Source: Octopus sinensis (Eukaryota). Taken from it: a stretch of DNA of 40,644 nucleotides. The DNA lies in the NCBI RefSeq assembly GCF_006345805.1, contig NW_021832313.1, forward strand, positions 1 through 40,644. Reading direction: 5' to 3'. The notes beneath the pieces were generated by a model. That model was not told the DNA's origin. It saw only the letters and a program-made list of their open reading frames with translations, and ran no database searches. Shown piece after piece: positions 22,592-35,685 of this stretch. How positions within the stretch are numbered: the stretch's first letter is position 1; each line of letters starts with the position of its first letter. The translations under genes and the position numbers were made by a program.

Positions 22592-22659
22592 AAATGCATT
22601 AGAGTAGAGAACGTAATTTCAATTAATGAATAAGGCAAAAAAACAGGAGTGACGTAATC

Positions 22660-24085
22660 ATCTTCGTTAACTTAAAGATGTTTCTGCAACGAGAAGCAGT
22701 ACACTTAAAACTGAAAGCTTGTGAAACATCCTATTGCTTCCTCGGAGCCATTAAACTCACGCCCGCTCGATAAACTGCTATACATTACACTTAACGGTTG
22801 CATCCAGTGTCCCATTGTTCCACAAGAATAATTAGGAAATGAAAATTCAGAGCTTTAAACCGAGCTGTTGGGATTATGGTAAGTTTGGCGCTCTTGTTTT
22901 AGATGCTTCCATGCGCTGTCCACGTCGACGCTGGGCGAATTGAAGAAGTTATCAAAATCCAGTTTAAGCACACATGTTTTCAGTCGTCTTTCCTCTTTTC
23001 CTCCGCAAATGATCAACCATATCTGATATGGACCATGTCTTTCCTACTTGAGATGGTGATTGCTCAGAGAATGAGTTATTTAGGTTGACTTGAGAGAGTA
23101 CTCAGGTGAGTGGTACCATCGAACACAAATGCTGGATGCGAATTCTTCCTCACAGAAATACGACAAGCGAAATGGGCGTTTTTATCCCTGCATGATTCGC
23201 CATAATGTTTTTCTTCACCTTCTTAATTATTCTACTTAGTGTCCCAGTTATTATAGATTTTGATTGTACTTTGGTATTTTATAGTTTGCTTATTTTCATT
23301 TCATGACCCATCAACAGCGGTAGTTTCCCAAATTCCTTCCCTAACGATATTTTGGGATGAAAAAAATGGTAGACTATGGAGTGGTGTTTATTCTCGTTTT
23401 TCAATATTATATTTTGGAATTCCGTTTTCAGTTTGTCTTTTGTATCATTTTTAACAATTTCAGTTGTTTTCCGCAAATCTAAAATATCTTCTTCTGTGTT
23501 ATTAACTTTCAGTTTGTACTTTATCATTGCTCCGACTATATAAGAATTTTTTTCTCTTATTTTCATCCTGTTTCCTTACTGCATTAACTACTTTCCCTTT
23601 CATTGCTTTCAAATATTTTTGAAACCTTCTGTTGTTATTTTGTAATAGTTTTCTATTTGCATCAAGCTTTGTCTTCTTTATGTGTGCACGAAATAGATTC
23701 CGTCCCTCTCAGCTACGGGGTTTGTTAATGGTTTATAGTTTCTTGATTTTTATGTTGAAGCTATTCATTCCACTTCTAAATAATTATGTTGGAGCTACAG
23801 TTTGTAAATGAGATGGATATCATATTTATACTTATCGCCTTCTTATTTTATTCCTATCATTGAATTCAGTAAATATTTGTCTGACAATTCCGTAATACCT
23901 GTTCTCACTTTCTTCATTTCTGTGTGTTGTACTTGTAATTTCATCCAATTCTAAGTATTTTCATCCTCCTACAGAACTACTTTAATATGTATTAGATATA
24001 TCTAATTTGATAGTTTCAGTACTAATTATATCTCCCCTTCTGACATTAACTTTTGCTATTTCTCTTCTCTCATACACGTTTGTTT
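22660..24085 (-). pseudogene. Heavily decayed R4/Dong-type LINE (RT C-terminus to RLE region)
   Basis: Minus-strand translation gives AKVNVRRGDIISTETIKLD, KYLELDE, QHTEMKKVR, YYGIVRQIFTEFNDRNKI and NPVAERDGIY..SLMQIENYYKITTEGF. These are colinear with the Dong ORF at 28951-29553 (KGKVKTTNSVVLD, KYLGINE, QHASMKEKIR, YRRVRAVLKSELNARNK, HPKADVDRL..LIQFELAYKTTIIGL). Confidence 0.7.
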
Positions 24086-24585
24086 ATCGTGGCTAAATTC
24101 AAGGCCGGTCGACGGCCTTTTTTTCTTTCTCTGTAACTTGACTGGATCTACTTAGAAATATCAAATATACAGGAAGAGTTATGATAACGTATGTTTAGAT
24201 TAAAAAAGAAGAAAAAGGAAAAAATCCATTGAATGAGTTTGACAGCCACCATTTGCAATGCTTCGTTTTCCTGGAATTGTGAAGTAAAAAATAAAAAGGA
24301 ATAACTGAGATGTTTCCTTCTCGTTTCTTGACCGTAGGGAATGAAACCATCCGAGTTTACCGAGTTTATTACGAGGGCCGAGGGGGGAGTGGTGGTGTGG
24401 GGGGGTGACCATTAAAGCATTCAAACTTCACTGAGGCACAGAGAGTTATTAATAATAAATATTTCATTGGAACTGGCTCAGTGTGTGAAACATAGTACAA
24501 GGCAAGCATCCCAGGACAGGGAGAGAAAGAGAGAGGGAGATACAGAGGGAGAGAAATAGAGACATAAAGGTGGATAGAATGAGAC

Positions 24586-24647
<62 letters not shown>

Positions 24648-24930
24648 AATTTTCACTACCGTAGGTGTGTGTCGAAATGAAAGAATAGCCACATGGGATA
24701 TTACATCTTCAACATTTCCGCGATTCTCATAATATGTTCTAATCAATGATAGATAAAGTTTTCGCAGCATCAGACAGCAAGCTTTTAAGGAATGGCTGTT
24801 AGCAATTGGATGATATAAACCTGTGTTCTTTATATTACAACTAAAACTCGTAAATGAATTTTATATGATGACGGTAAATTTGTGGCGAACGTTGGTGATT
24901 GAGAGTAATAACAGATTTGTCATCATGCTA

Positions 24931-25075
24931 ACATCATATATATATATATATATTTTATATATATAATATATATATCTATATATATATATATCTATTATAT
25001 ATAATATATATATAATATATATATAAAAAAAAATATATATATATATACAATATACACATATATATATACATACAT

Positions 25076-25120
<45 letters not shown>

Positions 25121-25123
25121 TAC

Positions 25124-25154
<31 letters not shown>

Positions 25155-25278
25155 CATATATATAAATGTATATGCATATGTGTCATTTATATATATGGTC
25201 TATATATATATCATATATATCATTTACACACACACATATGCATATATATGTATATGTGCATGTGCGTATATGTATGTG

Positions 25279-25318
<40 letters not shown>

Positions 25319-25598
25319 TATGTATATTTGTACTTACACACACTTACGCCAGCTTATATTTCCTTCCTCACGTACATCTTCCCCACCTCATCATCCACTG
25401 ACTTTATTTCTTCTCTCTTTCTACGTATGCATATATGTACGTACGTATGTACGCTTGTATGTGTGTATGTATGTATATGGTTATAGATAAATATCATATA
25501 TGCCTATATATATATATAAGTACAAATATATATGTATATATGTATGTATATATATGGTTATAGATAAGGATAGTATATACATACATATCTATACATAC

Positions 25599-25636
<38 letters not shown>

Positions 25637-26176
25637 CTATATATAATATATATATATAAATATGTGTGTGTACAGCATATATACAACCCTCGTACACACA
25701 CATAACTTCCGCCAGAAATAATTTTTCTCTCCATGTACGTTTCTCTCCTACCATCCCTCCTTTCTCTCTCTCTCTCTTTCTTTCTCCCTCTCTCTTCATA
25801 TATGTGTGCATGTGAGTGCGTGTGCGTCAGTTTATGTGAGTGTGCTTCTGTGCGGGTGTGTATGTGTGTAGATTCCTCTTTAACTTATACAATTTCTCTC
25901 TCATAATTTCTTTTCTCTCTTTTCTCAAACTTATCGACATATACACAGACACACACAGTCGCACGCACAAACAGAAACACATGTGCATAGGACACACATA
26001 CAACCGCCATCATACCGATACATATACAGACACATATAAGCACACACAAACATATAAACATCCACACACACACAGCAATATACTAACACGCAAATACACA
26101 CACACATCCAAACACTTATAGAATCAATTTCGCTATTTACTTTATAATAGCCTCTTCATTGGTTAACTGCACGTAC

Positions 26177-26210
<34 letters not shown>

Positions 26211-26284
26211 ACACCACTGGGTAACACACGCATTCACATACTTTTATATACACATATACGCACACACTGAGTATTTTTGTGAGG

Positions 26285-26347
<63 letters not shown>

Positions 26348-26540
26348 ATTATATATATATACGTATCTATATTACATATCTATATATATATATAGACATA
26401 CATATTATAATATATATATGCATATATATAGATATATATATATACGTATCTTATATACATATATATATATATATATATGCATATATATATATATATGTAT
26501 GTAATATATATATATAGATACGTATATATATATATATATA

Positions 26541-26577
<37 letters not shown>

Positions 26578-26760
26578 ATATGTATGTATATATATAGATA
26601 CGTATATATATATATATATATTTATATATACATACGTATGTATATATATTACAGGCATATATATATGTGCATATATATATATATATACATCAGTATATAT
26701 ATAAAAGCCAGTATTTTATTTATGTATATATATATATATAAACTGTTTGACATGTATATA
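24931..26760. repeat. Long block of (TA)n, (TACA)n, (CA)n, (CT)n microsatellites
   Basis: Direct reading. Explains the YI/CV/HT ORFs. Confidence 0.9.
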
Positions 26761-27126
26761 CATTAGACACACATATATTGCAAACGTCATTAGAGAGAGG
26801 ACTAAGTTAGTTCATTTCCATGCGTCCTGAGTTCAAACCTCCTCAAGGTCACCTTTGCATTTCAACGTCGTGAGGCGATTCAATAAAATCTCAGTTAAGG
26901 GAAATAACTTCGAGGAATCGTTAACGCTTTGAAGTTCTTTGTCTTCTGAGTTCGAATACTACTGCAGCCTCCTTGGATAGCTGATTTAATCCATGGGTCA
27001 CTGAGAAGCACTGATGCAGGCATTCGGGCCACATCTCCACCTAGAGAACAGTTTCTCCCTACCATTCGCCCAATCTCAGAGGTCCTGAAAAGCGTCACGG
27101 GTAGTACTTTACTTCCTGTGTAAGTC

Positions 27127-27193
<67 letters not shown>

Positions 27194-27337
27194 ACACGCA
27201 CACGCACACACACACGCACACACAGACACAAACATACATCAACATAGATGTATTTATATACATATATATAAATTTACGTGTATATCTATCTATATATGTA
27301 AGTGTGTGTGTATATATTTGTATATGTGTAGTGCATG

Positions 27338-27373
<36 letters not shown>

Positions 27374-27374
<1 letters not shown>

Positions 27375-27720
27375 GGTCGTATACCGCCAACTCAATGTGA
27401 CAGTCCCGTAAAGGGAATTACATTATTTCAGTGATCAGTAAATAAATTTTACTGATAATATGATATATTTGCAAAGAGGTTGAAGTCATCTCAGCGAGCG
27501 AGGCAGGCTACCCTGGACTGACGACGAGCAATAGACTCAGAAACATATGTCTTCAGGTGCTTAGTCCCAGCTGGCGGAGGTGATTGCCTCCCCTTTGCAA
27601 ATATAAGGACACAGAAAATGTGTCAAAGCCGACAGGAGACGTCGATGTTTCCTAGGGCTAAATGGCGGTGGTGTAATTCCCTTACGGGACTGTCACATGA
27701 GTTGACAGTATACGACGACT
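27374..27720 (+). mobile_element. About 345-bp element with 47-bp inverted ends that contains a hammerhead
   Basis: 27376-27422 GTCGTATACCGCCAACTCAATGTGACAGTCCCGTAAAGGGAATTACA vs reverse complement of 27672-27716. TA-rich flanks. Confidence 0.8.
27501..27562 (+). ncRNA. Type I hammerhead ribozyme, near-intact
   Basis: CCTGGA-CTGACGA(27518-24)-C-GAG-CAATAGA-CTC-A-GAAA(27540-43)-C-ATAT-GTC(27549-51)-TTCAGG, extended by AGGCA/TGCTT. The only defect is a C.A mismatch at the 10.1-11.1 pair. Confidence 0.7.
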
Positions 27721-28104
27721 ATATCGCTCCACACCCGCGCTATGTCTCTCTGAGACATTTACAAATCAATATTTCAATAATATATATAGTATCCATACAT
27801 ATATAATATATATATATTTATTATAAGAAGGAGGAGGAGGAGGAGGAGAGGGAGAAGAAGAAGAAGAAGAATATCCCTAATATAAAAAGAAGGCAGTAAG
27901 AGGGGAAAGTCTACCAAAACGATGGTTGTTCTGCATCGTGACAGTAATGTGTTATAATAGCAGACGACATCACATCAGGTGATCCATCACCCTTAAGAAA
28001 GCAGTCCGCAGTCCGTAGTCCTCAGCCCGTCAGCCAGGAGACACACAGACACATTGTACTACTTCGGCCAGGATGAAAGATAAAACCCCCATATTGCTTT
28101 TGAT

Positions 28105-28555
28105 CTTGTTGTTGCTGTTGTTATTGTTGATGTTGTTGTTGTTGCTGCTGGTGGTGGTGGTGGTAGTGGTGGTGGTAGTGGTGGTGGTGGTGGTGGTGGT
28201 GGTGGTAGTGGTGGTGGTAGTGGTGGTGGTAGTGGTGGTGGTGGTGGTAGTGGTGGTGGTAGTGGTGGTGGTACCGTTGTTGTTGTTACTGTAGACGACA
28301 AATTTTAACTTTTCATGAACAAAAGCAAAACATCCATATATGATGTTTTTGCACTACACACACACACACATGCACACACACACACACACATGCACACACA
28401 CACACATATGCACACACACACACACATGCACACACACACACACATGCACACACACACACACACACATGCACACACTCCTATTCCGCCAGTTGTCACATCC
28501 GTACACAGCAATAAACACAGACATGTGCTTCCACACACACACACACACACACACA
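28105..28555. repeat. (GTT/GGT)n and 14-bp-period (CACACACACACATG)n tracts
   Basis: Direct reading. Confidence 0.93.
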
Positions 28556-28727
28556 TTATTATTCAGGCAATCACTTACATATGTGGCAATAGGTCAGCTC
28601 CACAGCCGCAACACACATGTTGTATTAAATATAATCAGTCTTCGAATCCATATTTAATAGAATTCTCATTAATGGTTATCTTCCATTAATGCTAATATTT
28701 TAGTCGTTTTAGGTTGGAGACAAAGGA

Positions 28728-28789
<62 letters not shown>
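28728..28789. repeat. (TAA)n array, 5' target of the Dong LINE
   Basis: Direct reading. Confidence 0.95.
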
Positions 28790-28793
<4 letters not shown>

Positions 28794-29588
28794 AGCCCTA
28801 ATGCCCCTTACATAAATAGCCCTAATACCCCTTATAAATAGCCCTAATACCCCTTACAAGTAAATAGCCCTAATACCTCTTACAAGTGAATTAAACAGAA
28901 CAGGGTATGGGTATAAAATTGCCAATTAAAAAATAAGCCATCTATTTTATATGGATGACTTAAAACTCTATGGTAAAGATAATAATGAACTTGAAGGCCT
29001 ATTGCGCACCGTGAAAACATTCAGCGATGACATCGGGATGGAGTTTGGACTTGAGAAGTGTGCCAATGCCACTTTCCAGAAAGGGAAAGTGAAGACCACA
29101 AATTCAGTCGTGTTAGATGTTGACACAGTCATAAGAGAGCTTGAGCAAGAACAAACATACAAATATTTAGGGATAAATGAAGGCTCTGGTATTCAGCATG
29201 CAAGCATGAAAGAGAAAATCAGGAAGGAATGTTATAGGAGAGTTCGTGCAGTCCTGAAATCTGAACTAAATGCACGTAACAAGGTGTTAGCTATAAATCC
29301 CTTAGTAGTTCCAGTTGTTACTTATAGCTACAATGTGTTGAACTGGAATATGAGTGAAGTAAAGAATATAGATAGGAAAATACGCAAGCTGCTGAGTTGT
29401 AATAGGATGCACCACCCAAAGGCAGACGTAGATCGCCTTTGCCTTCCCAGAGCCCAAAGAGGTCGAGGCCTGATCCAATTTGAACTAGCTTACAAAACAA
29501 CCATAATTGGACTGGCCAAATATCTCGAAATAACGAATGACTGGATGCTATAGCTCGTGGAAAATCACGAGAGACGAAAGAAGCTTCA
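28790..29588 (+). mobile_element. 5'-truncated R4/Dong-type LINE, RT part (left of Helitron)
   Basis: HLFYMDDLKLY (YMDD RT motif), FSDDIGMEFGLEKCA, YKYLG and HPKADVDRL..RGL. One in-frame TAG at 29551. Confidence 0.92.
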
Positions 29589-30729
29589 TCTCTCTATATA
29601 TAAACGGCAGTTTGTCTGTGCGTGCTTCTGTGTGTCTGTTTTCTCGTACCCTCACCCTGACCAAGGCTTTCAACCGATTCTGATGAAACTTGACACACAC
29701 ATAGCCCAATGTCATAATTCAAAACTAACGAAGCGAAAATTTTGAAAAGTTCCCCCAGTTCTGAAAAAAATTGATAAATTTTACATGGGGTCGAGAATCA
29801 TAAACATGAACCACAGACTGTCTAGGGGACGCAACTCGAGAATCTAAGCTTTTTTATGCAACGCATAACTATGGTAGTTTCACAACTTGCAATCGATTTT
29901 CACCAAACTCATGGTGAAGCTTAATGTTACCCTAAGAAACTCAATTCTGACGTTAGTTTCCATGCAATACCTTACCATCAGAAACAATCGATAAAATCAT
30001 GCCATTTTGGGAAATCGCGTTCAAATTCAAGATGACATATTTTCGACAATATCTTTCACAAATTGGCAGGAATCTTTTTTTTTTCACAACGAGCATCATG
30101 TCTGCTCCAAGGAGCTATATAGCCCTTTTTATTCCAATAGGATACATTATTGGAAAAAAATCGGTTAATTAATCATATGTGGCACACATAGCAAACAAAT
30201 TTGTGTATTAAACACAAACCAGACTGTCTAGGGGACGCAACTTGACCTTTTTAGCTATCGATAATTCGATCCACCAATTCCTACCAGGAAGAAATTACAT
30301 TCGAGACTTTACCCCCAACACCGCCACTTCTGCTAATAGCTGCTGCAGCCGCAAGTTATTCGAATACTTTTGGGTTTAAACTTTCTTTATAACTACCACC
30401 CCAAACGTTTTACCTTCAATTTTGACGTACCCTAACGGTCCTCGGACGCTACTTGCAAACTCTTGGTTTATTATAAACCACTTTTGTCGTGTGCATCAAA
30501 AAACTTTTCCTTTCGTTTGTTCAGTTTGATCACTTTTGACTTTTTCGTTGTTGTCACTCACATTGCTGCCAGCTTTTGGCCGTTTTTGTACATTTTTATA
30601 CATTTTCGGATACTTACCCCACGAGCTCCTTTTTATTACACCTTTACCAAACACATTGCTATCCACCAAATACTTACCCCACGTGTTCCTTTTTATTACA
30701 CCTTTGCCAAACACATTGCTATCACCAAA

Positions 30730-33700
30730 ATGCCACCCAAGAAGAGAAGGACCATCCTCAGCCCTCGGACGGCCAAGGCATCGGCTGCTAGGGCTAGAAG
30801 GGCACGCGAGACCCACGAGGAAAACCGCCTTGCGCCTCTCGCAACCAGCTTCCCGTTATGCCGCTGCTCAGGCATCTGAAACTACTAGCGACCGTTCTCC
30901 GACTTGCAAGGGTCGCAGCGTCACAATCTACAGATCTTCCGCCGCTGAGGTTGACGAAAGAGCAACAGTCCAGCCAAAACATGCGGGCTTCTTACTGTGC
31001 TTCCATCCGCAGAGCTCGCGAGAACCCCGAACAAAGGGCCATTCGGAATGCGGCTAACGCCACTAGCACTGCCAGGACACGATCTGTCGAAACCTCACAG
31101 CAGAGGAGAACTCGCCAAGATGCTGACGCCGCAAACACAAGCCATGGCCAAGAGCTGACGAAACACCAAACACCGAGGAGAGCTCGCCAAGCTGCTAACG
31201 CCGCAAACACAGCCAGGGCTCGATCTGCCGAAACTCCACACCAACGGACTATTCGGACATCCAGACATGCCATTAACACTGCTTCTGCTAGGGCTTCAGA
31301 GGGTGCTGAGGCGAGAGCTGAAAGGCTTTCAAGGGATGCCACTGCTACCGCTGTCGCACGTGCATCTGAATCTGCTGAGGCACGGTGCACTCGACTTGAG
31401 AGTATCAACAAACGTCGGGATATCATTCGTGGTGTACGTACCCCTGCCCCCGCTTTCTGGTTGTCACTAGCATTCAACTACGACGCCACAATTAACTTCT
31501 CCTTGCGTGACGACATCAAGATAGGGTCAATGACAATTGTATGCCAGTTTTGCAAAGCCAAGAAATGGCCCGGAGAGCCACCTGGTTTGTGCTGCTCTGG
31601 TGGCAAAGTGGACCTGCCACCCCTACGGAACCACCTCAACCATGAAGGATCTCGCGGCGGGTTTAACCCCCGATTCGTCACAATTCCTTGAAATAATTCG
31701 AAAGTACAACTGCTCATTCCAAATGACCTCTTTCGGGGCCAAAATTCCTCCCAGAGAAGGCTGGATGCCTACTTTCAAAGTGCAGGGACAGGTCTACCAT
31801 CTTATTGGGTCACTTCTGCCAGACGAGATTCAGCAGTCTTCTTTCCTCCAATATACTTCATTGCCGACTACAACCACCAGGTTGATGCACGCCTTGGAAT
31901 AATACCGGGTACAAGCTATGTTCCCGCAAAGACATTCTTCTCCGTCTCCAAACCATGCTTCATGATATCAACAGCTACGTCTGCAGCTTCAGATATGCCT
32001 TGGACAGTGCTCCTTCTCCAAACTTCACCGTTTGTCATTGATGCTGATAAACGACCCCACGGGGAGCACGAACGCCGTTTCAACGCACCTGCGTGCAACG
32101 AAATTGCCGCAGTTATACACGGAGAGCAACACAACAGCCGTGACATAATCATCTCCTCCCGTGGTAACAACCTACACAGGATCAGCGAGACACAGATCTT
32201 ATGACGCGCTTCAGTATCCATTGCTTTTCCCTTATGGGGAAGATGGCTACCACTTCGGAATTCCTTTACGGCAGCCCTCCAATCAAACTACTGCGGCATC
32301 AAAGACGGTTTCCTGCAGGGCGTTCTACTCATACCGGTTCATGGTCAGGGAGGGTGAGTTCAACTTATTGCCCCGTTGTCGTCAGCTATTCAACCAGTTC
32401 GCCGTCGACATGGCCGCAAAAATGGAATCGGAAAGGCTGCTATACATTAAACTTAATCAGACCAAACTTCGCTCCGACTCCTACATTCATCTCCGTGACG
32501 GTTTGCAACAAGAAAATGACCCTCGCAACATCGGCAAGCCATGCATTCTACCCTCCACCTTCACGGGAGGACCCGAGATATGCGTGAAAGGACCCAAGAC
32601 GCCTTGACCTACGTGCGCATTTACGGCCGGCCGGACCTCTTTATCACCTACACGTGCAATCCCAGCTGCGACGAAATCACTCGCGAAATCCTCCCGGGTC
32701 AATCTCACACCCATCGACACGACATCGTTGCTAGGGTTTTCCGTCTGAATTTGGGCAAAATGAAGGATTTGATAGTTAAGGGTCAGATTTTCGGGCATGT
32801 CAGGTGCCACAGGTTTTCGGTCGAGTGGCAAAAGAGGGGCTTGCCACATGCTCACATCTTAATTTGGCTCACTCATAAAATGAGACTAATGACATTGACA
32901 AATTCATTTCCGCCGAGATTCCTGACCCCGATGAGGACCCGGACTCTACGAAATTGTCCGCACTACAATGGTACACGGGCCCTGTGGACCAAATTACGCC
33001 AACACACCATGCTACAAACGGATTAGCCTGCTCAAAGGGATTCCCTAAACGGTTCACTTTGGAGACTCAAACAGGCGGCGATGGGTATCCGCTGTACAAA
33101 CGAAGGAGTCCAGCCAATGGAGGCCGCACAGATACGGTTGGGCGACATCAAGTGGACAACAGCTACATTGTCCCCTACTGTCCTCTCCTGTCGAAGATAT
33201 TCAAAGCCCACGTCAACGTTGAGTTCTGCAGCTCCATCAGGTCAATACAATATGTCTGCAAATATATCAACAAAGGCAGCGATGCTGCCATGTTCAGCAT
33301 CCAGAGGACCACCAGTCGCGACGAAGTGTCCAACTACTTGGCTGGCCGGTACCTCAGCAGCAACGAAGCGTTTTGGCGCATTTACGGCTTCCTGCTCCAT
33401 CAGAGACACCCGGCTGTGGTGCAGCTTGCTGTACACTTGGAAAATGGACAGCGGATTTACTTCACAGAGCAAAGTGCTGTGCAGATAGCCACCAGCCCTA
33501 AAGACACAACGTTGACTGGTTTCTTCAAATTATGCAACGTGATGACTTCGCTCGAACGCTTTTGTACCCACAGGTCCCATCGTACTTCGTGTGGTCTAAA
33601 AACACTGGGTTCGACGGAAATCCGGCAAAAACGTCGAAAGCTTCCCAGGCGTCAAGTTTGACTCCTGCCTGGGTCGAGTTTACAACATCCCGCCAAACCA

Positions 33701-35658
33701 GCAAGAATGCTTCTACCTCCGTCTCCTTCTACATGAGGTCACTGGTCCAACAGGTTTCGCCAATATAAGTACCGTCAATGGGGTTCTGTGCGACACCTTC
33801 AGGGAAGCATGTATGAGACTTGGCCTTCTAGAGGATGACTCCCAGTGGGACGCCACGATGGCAGAGGGTGCTTTACTGCAAACGCATTCGGCCCTGCGAC
33901 ATCTTTTCGCAATCCTTCTTCAAAAATGTCAGCTTAGTCATCCACTAAGTCTCTGGATGAAATACAGGGTGACATGTCGCACGACTTCTTACGTACGGCT
34001 CAGCAACACTGCCCTTCCGCCGAGATCACGTTCACCAACTTCATTTACAATTTTGCGCTCATTCAACTCGAAGACGCTGTCATCGATATGGGTGGGTCTG
34101 CTTTAACAGAGTACGGCCTTCCACCACCCACACGTGAACACGCCAATGTTATGTCTGCTGAATTGTTACGCGAAACTTCCTACTGCATTGAGGAACTGCA
34201 CCAGTACGTCCAAGATAATGAACCACGGCTGCTTCCAGACCAGCGCATAGCCTACAACACCATCGTAGACTCTGTCAGACAGCAACGTGGGGGGATTTTC
34301 TTCCTTGATGCACCCGGCGGCACAGGCAAAACCTTCGTCACTAAACTAATTCTGGCAGAGGTCAGACGCAACACGGACATTGCCCTGGCCTGTAGTTTCC
34401 TCTGGTATCGCGGCCACGTTGCTTCCGGGTGGCAGAACCGCCCACTCTGCCTTCAGACTCCCGCTCGATCTGGCAAAGTCCGAGTCACCTATCTGCAACA
34501 TCGCCAAGAACTCAGAACAGGCCGACATTCTTCGCAGATGCAAACTCATCGTATGGGACGAGTGCACTATGGCACACAAAGGCGCCCTTGAGGCACTGGA
34601 CAGGTCCCTGCAAGACATCAGAGACTCTACGGCCCCCATGGGAGGATTAATTAACTTCTTTCAGGAGACTTCAGGCAGACTCTACCTGTTTCCAAAAGGA
34701 ACCCGTGCCGATGCCGTGCGCGCGTGCCTTAAGTCGTCAGCTCTTTGGGCACATGTGCGGCCCTTGCACCTCCAAACTAACATGCGCGCGCAGTTAATTG
34801 GTGACAGCGGATCCGCTGCATTCTCCAGGGACCTCTATATCGCTCGGTGAAAATAGGATGCTGTCTGATGCGGATGGCTACGTTCAATTGGACTCACTTT
34901 GCACCATTGTCGACCCTGCTAGCCTCCGGGACGCTGTCTTCCACGACCTACAAAACAATTTACGCGACCTAAAATGGCTGGCAGGCAGAGCTATTCTCGC
35001 ACCCAAAAATACAACCGTCAACTCCATCAATATCCAGCTACTTGAAGCTATTCCTGGTGATGTCCACGTCTACAAATCTATAGATAGGACAGCAGACCCC
35101 GCCCAGCTTGCCGATTATCCTGTTGAATTCCTGAATTCACTTGAACCGCCAGGCCTGCCACCACAACATCCTGAAGTTAAAAGTCGGCGGTGCGCCCATT
35201 ATGCGCATCAGGAATTTGGTTCCACCTAAACAGTGCAACGGCACACGTTTGGTTGTGAAACATTGGCCACCAATTTAATAACGGCCACAATACTTACCGG
35301 TGTGGGAAGGGAGAGGACGTCTTCATTCCACGGATGCACCTTCAACCGTCGGGCGCTGACCTACCAATCCACTTCAGGCGTTCTCAGTTTCCTGTTAAAC
35401 TCTGCTTCGCAATGTCCATCAATAAATCCCAAGGCCAAACGCTACAATTCGCTGGGTTACATTGGGCGAACAGTGCTTCGCCCACGTCAACTCTACGTGG
35501 GCTGTTCACGCGTTGGGAGGCGCAATGATGTTTTCATGTTTTCGCCCAAACGGACAGCTAGGAACATCGTATATACAGAAGTATTCAGTGAAGACAAGAC
35601 ATTGCAACGTCCACATGCACCTTCGTTCCCTGGAGGGAAAGGACTACATTGGGATTAG
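30730..35658 (+). pseudogene. Helitron Rep-Helicase (HUH endonuclease plus Pif1-like SF1B helicase), multiply frameshifted as given
   Basis: MPPKKRR start at 30730; CQFC..CC; YDALQYPLLFPYGE; PDLFITYTCNP; VEWQKRGLPHAHILIW (HAH 32847-55); YVCKYINKG (33251-77); DAPGGTGKT (34307-33); IVWDE (34557-62); QFPVKLCFAMSINKSQGQTL; QLYVGCSRV. Confidence 0.95.
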
Positions 35659-35685
35659 TCGTTGCCTACTAGGGGTTCTTACATA

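Noticed and set aside
22660-24085. TAA-targeting evidence for the decayed minus-strand Dong
   Set aside because: No TAA arrays are visible at its ends, so it is not counted in the Dong train.
24101-24125. AAGGCCG-GTCGA-CGGCCTT plus T-run, like an intrinsic terminator or Helitron end
   Set aside because: No prokaryotic context, and no CTRR at the expected distance on either strand.
20133-27562. Hetero-dimer between the two ACATATGT hammerheads in one transcript
   Set aside because: A double hammerhead needs cross-pairing of stem I strands, and those of the two motifs are not complementary.
28790-28890. Four short direct repeats resembling a CRISPR array
   Set aside because: No unique spacers and no cas genes, the context is eukaryotic, and the repeats are LINE coding sequence.
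29680-29686. CTGATGA hammerhead core in the Helitron 5' end
   Set aside because: No stem II, GAAA or NUH arrangement; part of the CCGATT..ATGAAACT module.
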